In this document: one piece after another, positions 59,801 to 64,000 of the stretch | How positions within the stretch are numbered: the first letter of the stretch is position 1 | How the letters are laid out: every line of letters begins with the position of its first letter | Assembly (NCBI GenBank): GCA_000165345.1 | Contig: CM000430.1 | Coordinates: 96,001 to 160,000, forward strand | Direction: 5' to 3' | DNA: 64,000 bases | Notes under the pieces: model-generated | What the model was told of the DNA's origin: nothing | The model's database searches: none | What the model saw: only the letters and a program-made list of their open reading frames with translations | Program-made: the position numbers and the translations under genes

Positions 59801-62194
59801 CAAATGGAAGAGGAGAGTCAAAAAGAGCTGACTAGATTGAATGAGAGTATATCAGCAATGACTTTAAGGATATCATCAATAGATGAAGAGATAGCAAAAA
59901 GGGAAGCAGTTTTAAGAGAGAATTTATCACAAGTAACAGAGGAGAATATAATACTTAAGAAAGAGACGGATGAATTAAGGCGTATGGAACAAGATTTAAG
60001 GGGTCAGTACCAAAATATAGTAAGGATGCATAGTTTGGATATAGAGAGACTTCAAAATATGAATAAGCAATGTATGGAATTAAAGGAGGAATTAAGTAAT
60101 TTACAAGATAAATCAAAGAAATCAAATGATGAGAATACAAATTTGGTAATGGAGATGCAGAATGATATAGTTAATTTGAGACGTCAATTAGAATCTTATA
60201 TTAAAAAGTATGAGATAGCAAAGACAGATTATCAGAATTTGAGGGATATGATGAATAAGATTAAGACTGAGAATCAACTTCCAAGTAATTTGGAGAATAT
60301 GTTGGATATGGCAATGGTTTCATCTTCATTAACAGATGGTGTTGATATTATTGAAGGTAACGATAAAGTATCTGATGAGAGAAGATTATCAATACAATCA
60401 TCAGTGAATGGAGTACTTGGAAGTTCAGGAGGAGGTTTAACATCTTCATCTTCATCCTCATCATCAGTAACAGCTTCTTTATTACTGATGAGAAAAGTAC
60501 AGACATTGACAAGTTCTGTGGAAGAGTTGGATGCAAAATTGGATGAGTCAAAGATAGAGATTCAGCGTTTAACATTTGAAAGGAAATCTTTGCGTGAGGA
60601 GAATGAGGTTTTACAGAAAAGATTAAGTGAGGAATTAGAGAGAGCATCTGAATTTGCATCAAAAGCTGAAGCAAATGAGAGTACTTTGATTCGTCTTGGG
60701 GAGTTGGTAACATTAAGAGAATCAAATGATAGATTAAGACGAGAATTAATACAAGCAACAGAGAGACATAGTAATTTGGAGAAGCAATTGGAGCAGGAAT
60801 CAAGACAAAGTGATCCTTTGAGATGTGAGATTTCTAAGCTTGGAGCCCAAGTAGAGAGTTTAAAATCTCTTTGTGAGGAGAAATCAGCATTGAGCAAATC
60901 TTGGGAGGAGCAATATAATCGAGTTTTGTTGAATTATGAAAATATGAATCCAAATGAGATTACTCAGATGAAGGAAGAGATAAGTAAGCTTAAGACTCAG
61001 AATGAGGAGTTACGTGATTCTTTGGGAATGAAGGCCCAGGAGATAGAGAAATTACAGACAGAGAAACAACAAGAACATGTAAGTAATGAAGAGCTTCAGT
61101 TAACTAAACAGCAGATGGAACAGTTGAGGAAGGTTTATATGAGTACTAATCAGAAACTGAAAGAGGAAAGGAATAAGTGCACTCGTTTGGAGAATGACTT
61201 GAAGAGACTCAGTTCCCAAGTTCAGGCTCAAAATCAGAATCAGAGTCAGCCTCAAACTCAACCACAAATCCATATGGGCGGTATGGGTTTAAATTCCAGT
61301 TCAAGTAATTCACAGGATGGTAGCAATAGTAACAATAATAGCAGTAGCACAAGTAGTGGTAATAGCAGTAGTTCTTTGGATTATAAGCCTACTGCTCAGG
61401 AGATTAAGAGCATTTCACAGGCAACAGAAAATTTGGTTGACACAGTTTTGAAGTTAGCAAAACTCTCCATCTTGAGGATCGAGTCTGAAGGAGGAGGAAC
61501 GGGAGCGGGAGGAGGAACGGAAGAAGGAGGAGGTAGTTCGTCATCTTTGGCTGCTACATCCTCAGTGAACTCTATAAATCCTTCCGAAAGTGTTGGTACT
61601 GAAGGTAATTCGGCTGGAGTTACTGGAGATAATGCTGCATTTGGTATTTTTACAACTTCTAATAATACTATTGCTACATTTACAACTACATCTTCCTCTT
61701 TAGTTGATTCTTCTACTACTACTAATAATAATAATAATAACAATAACACAGCGGCTTCAAGTAACAACTTTCCAAGCATTGTAGGCTTTTCAGGAGTATC
61801 AGGGCAAAGCTCAAGTGAAATAACGACAACTTCGGCAATGACCTTGCAGCCTCTTCATTCGCCACCTCTGCTACCACCACCTCCACCTCCACCTCCACCT
61901 CCACCTCCACCACATACACTACCTCATTTGAGTCAATCCCAAAATTCTATCTCAAGTCAAAATTCAATGGAGATACAATCTTATACTTCAGGAAGTGGTT
62001 CTATTCCATGCGAAAATTCTTCTGATTCATCAAAACAACAAAGAATTCAAGATGACTTGGCTGGTATTTCTTCCATTCCTGCACAAAAAAAGAGACCATT
62101 AATGGGGGAAAATACTGAAATAAACGAAACAATAAGTAAAAATGTTCAAGAAAATTCTCAAAATAACACTAATACGAATACACAAATCATATAA
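56834..62194 (+). CDS. Large (1786 aa) coiled-coil protein with Ser/Thr/Asn-rich and poly-Pro C-terminal tail
   Basis: ATG 56834. About 1450 aa are heptad-rich and E/K/L/Q-dominated, with no helix breakers over long stretches. The tail carries SSSSSSSS, NNNNNNNN and PPLLPPPPPPPPPPPPPHTLP. Confidence 0.6.
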   Translation: MDQGGELETQEKGGISSAKELLVENKDDGTINLDTSNLLEENKKLKDRIKELEQKHYVDNIQDEGQEERRNQVSILTEQLVHERNENERLHENLNGLQELLVKSKQELLEFQQRVYDSEIISSRSQHESKILEQEKNTLQESLKKYQEEAGIMESRMKELHASKNNIILESTKKISSLEVSCRDFEHKITLIQKSRDELEMEYSKTCDELRRVKSELDFAKGHYEGKIKIKEEAIRLKEEQVQQIQSLLDMSISTAQNLESEMEKLRSGMIEEDRHQDDEALRSSVEGGLREKTQTTTGIGTKLERKQFTDKQALEILIGIFGEEYILSESHSGIDSQLVTQEEEIETGTVTRNSGGRRILIDLLTQLEDYQQSMDDLRHQNQALKADLKECQYHLKVTVPDFELTREKYESLQAENNFAIEQIQSLTQERRTLIHEVSELKTLWQHETKKREIYEEQCKIITQNFNKIINNLNYPANTSEIDPIHENSEFYSYSNLRHDLENKVSDTFKSFEKIDDENLKYNKNIVDKIYSDIVEQNTQLKIQVSRLIEGIELDSQIQIRKLTSDIASYKDQFERIHHERDELVSQYQALITKLEDENANLKREKDSIRESISNDDLQYRKSKDDHDFTPINHEKGIIYDGITNPNIFVKQLGEVTEMCKTLSEKLTSEIESSAQCKSELSRYKAQCEYMESMGERNRKRLDELFQERDGLYMQINDLRRQQDSKDFQVQDLKDRISTKESEIMDLKRENEHQKQNISNLNACILDLRSDIEQGIKQRSQDNALQRDMISQLQGELEGKCVEINSMRKSQDAILQREFEESQRLRQQLRSEHEKYQSMESKLKDLQNEKENLERLLAQIEKDEEIQEKKSRKSISASPIGELFNLSLSSSEYPERRISTRNSIHSSSDNKIDLNDSDEGFKDHSGIDNDEVSELRVQLEESKKLQNYWKELVQSVEKQLETKTRDLDELKIIEENLKGELESRREEAKQMEEESQKELTRLNESISAMTLRISSIDEEIAKREAVLRENLSQVTEENIILKKETDELRRMEQDLRGQYQNIVRMHSLDIERLQNMNKQCMELKEELSNLQDKSKKSNDENTNLVMEMQNDIVNLRRQLESYIKKYEIAKTDYQNLRDMMNKIKTENQLPSNLENMLDMAMVSSSLTDGVDIIEGNDKVSDERRLSIQSSVNGVLGSSGGGLTSSSSSSSSVTASLLLMRKVQTLTSSVEELDAKLDESKIEIQRLTFERKSLREENEVLQKRLSEELERASEFASKAEANESTLIRLGELVTLRESNDRLRRELIQATERHSNLEKQLEQESRQSDPLRCEISKLGAQVESLKSLCEEKSALSKSWEEQYNRVLLNYENMNPNEITQMKEEISKLKTQNEELRDSLGMKAQEIEKLQTEKQQEHVSNEELQLTKQQMEQLRKVYMSTNQKLKEERNKCTRLENDLKRLSSQVQAQNQNQSQPQTQPQIHMGGMGLNSSSSNSQDGSNSNNNSSSTSSGNSSSSLDYKPTAQEIKSISQATENLVDTVLKLAKLSILRIESEGGGTGAGGGTEEGGGSSSSLAATSSVNSINPSESVGTEGNSAGVTGDNAAFGIFTTSNNTIATFTTTSSSLVDSSTTTNNNNNNNNTAASSNNFPSIVGFSGVSGQSSSEITTTSAMTLQPLHSPPLLPPPPPPPPPPPPPHTLPHLSQSQNSISSQNSMEIQSYTSGSGSIPCENSSDSSKQQRIQDDLAGISSIPAQKKRPLMGENTEINETISKNVQENSQNNTNTNTQII

Positions 62195-63511
62195 ATTAGC
62201 AAACAGTAATAATTCAAACTATCTGAAACAAAATATTGTTTTTCCTCCTTCTCCCTTCCCTCTGTTTCCTTCTTTAAGAAAAAAAAACAATTTTCTACAT
62301 TCACTTTAAAGTAATTTCCTTGACTGATTTTCATTTGTTGAAAAAGCGCTTCCCGCCTTTTGTGTGCATTATTCATAATACAAAATTACTAATAGTAATA
62401 ATAATAATGTTTTCCTTTAATTTACATAATAGGGCAAAACATAGTTGAAATAAAAATAATGTAATACAAATATGTAATATATATATATATATATATATTT
62501 AGCTATATTCTGCGATTTCTTTAATTCAGTCTATTTTATACAAGTTTTACTCTCTTTCTCTTTCTTTTATCAAAAAAAGAAAAAAAAATTCAATTGATAT
62601 AAGTCATATTTAAGACAAAAACTGTTGTTGACTGTATTTAATCCTTTCTTATTTTTTATATTTTTCCCAAAAAAAAACTTCATGTGGAAATTGAAAGATA
62701 TGGGGGTAGTGTAACTTTCATTAATAAATTTAACATAGTAATTATGGATTAATTAAGAAATAATATTAATTACTTAGTAATAATTTAACCAAATTAAATA
62801 AGTAGATATATATTTATGTATTAATATAAATCAATAAATCTAACAATTAAGAATAATTAAGTATTTCTTGATTCATGCCAATATTTGTTTTCATCAATTT
62901 ATATATCACCAGAAATATCTCTTATTTCCTTTTCTTATATATATCATAATAACTTTATATTAACAAAAAAAAAAGAAAAAGAATACATTCACAAATATTT
63001 TCTATTATCATATAACATAAAATATCTGTAACGTTATATTAATATTTGATTTCGAAACCAAAAAAAGACTTGGAGCTTCGAAAATATTTTCCAAAGAAAA
63101 GGAATTAAAAAAAAAAATTAAACAACCTCTATTTTTTGACTCCATTTCATCCCACCATTAGTTAATCAAATTAGGAAAAAACTACACCATTATTTATCCT
63201 GAATTATTCCCTTTTCTCTTCTATTCAAAACCCAAATAAAACAAAGAACAAAAGGAAACAAAAAAAAAAAAAAATACCACGCAATTATAAATTTGGTTGC
63301 ATGCAAAATTATAATATTGACCCCCCTTCCTTTCTTTCTTTTTTCCCGCCTTTCCCCTTTATTTAACTTGAATAATTTAATATTAATTTTCATGTAAATT
63401 AATATTAAAATTAATATTGATATAAGAAAATCACAAAAATTTGATTAATTTAGAATTGCATTCTGTTAAAAAAAATGTTTCCCTTCTTTTTAACAATAAA
63501 AACTACTATTA

Positions 63512-64000
63512 TTAAACACCAAGGCCTCTGAATAAATCAAGTAATTTTGAATCAGAAGAAACAATTTCTTCACTGAAATTATGATTTTTGTTATTTTTAT
63601 TGGAAAAATATTCTTGTAATAATTCACCATTTCCAATTAAATGATCACTTGTAAAAGGATTCCAATTACAAGATGACATCTTTTGTGAATCATTATTATC
63701 ATTAGTATTAGTATTATTGTTATTGTTATTATTATTACTATTGTTATTATTTTTGTTATTACTACTATCATTATTACTATTACCATCATCATTGTTATCG
63801 TCATCTCCTGAAATATTATTAAGTTCTCTATATTTCAAAATTTCATTCTGACCTAGTAATGTTTTTGAATCTAATAGAGATGAATGAGAAGATAATGAAG
63901 TACAAGTTGATGAATTTTTGTTATTAATCCACATATTTCCACGATTAATATCAGTTTCAAGACTTAAACCAAGACCAAAATTAAGATTTACACCAAAATC
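63512..64000 (-). CDS. Hypothetical Asn/Asp-rich protein, possibly 5'-partial (frame stays open to the window edge)
   Basis: The track ORF is 63512..63934. The 66 nt upstream, to position 64000, are in frame without a stop (DFGVNLNFGLGLSLETDINRGN-MW…). The gene may therefore start outside the window. Confidence 0.4.
   Translation of the reverse strand, partial: DFGVNLNFGLGLSLETDINRGNMWINNKNSSTCTSLSSHSSLLDSKTLLGQNEILKYRELNNISGDDDNNDDGNSNNDSSNNKNNNNSNNNNNNNNTNTNDNNDSQKMSSCNWNPFTSDHLIGNGELLQEYFSNKNNKNHNFSEEIVSSDSKLLDLFRGLGV

Overview
This 64 kb window is AT-rich eukaryotic nuclear DNA, not prokaryotic. Its architecture points to Cryptosporidium (Apicomplexa). Genes are compact and mostly single-exon on both strands, with Asn/Ser/Lys-rich low-complexity inserts in otherwise conserved proteins. 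Introns are few and short (53-104 nt). They use GTAAGT/GTAAGC donors, pyrimidine-rich acceptors, and possibly GTAGGT in one tentative case. Intergenic spacers are short and repeatedly carry the palindromic motifs TGCATGCA and the E2F-like TTTGGCGCCAAA / GGCGGG / GCCGCCAAA family, against a background of (TA)n tracts. A 100-nt N run at 1997..2096, plus scattered Ns from 1969, marks a draft-assembly gap that truncates the 5' end of one gene.

I recognise about 25 protein-coding genes. The functional calls rest on remembered conserved motifs, not on any search:
- proteasome beta-3
- CCT/TCP-1 alpha
- Sec61 beta
- HOP2 (meiotic)
- MPDU1-like PQ-loop protein
- MON2-like Golgi scaffold
- SLC35-type nucleotide-sugar transporter
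- mitochondrial phosphate carrier
- VDAC-like beta-barrel porin
- SpoU-class RNA methyltransferase
- SUN-domain protein
- BRCT-domain protein
- Sfi1-like centrin-binding repeat protein
- ACP5-like phosphoesterase
- an inward-rectifier (Kir-like) K+ channel
- several giant or low-complexity hypothetical proteins

Four genes need spliced models that the six-frame track cannot show: HOP2 (four exons), Sec61 beta (two exons), proteasome beta-3 (a 3-nt ATG-only first exon), and tentatively the sugar transporter. Several track ORFs start at TTG/GTG and have been trimmed to the first ATG.

There are no rRNA, tRNA, CRISPR or transposon-like elements that I can support. The most interesting signals are the Kir-like channel, the spliced gene models, and the promoter-type motif clusters. 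Those clusters sit in 3'-3' convergent spacers, where they are candidate antisense or ncRNA promoters, and inside two giant ORFs.
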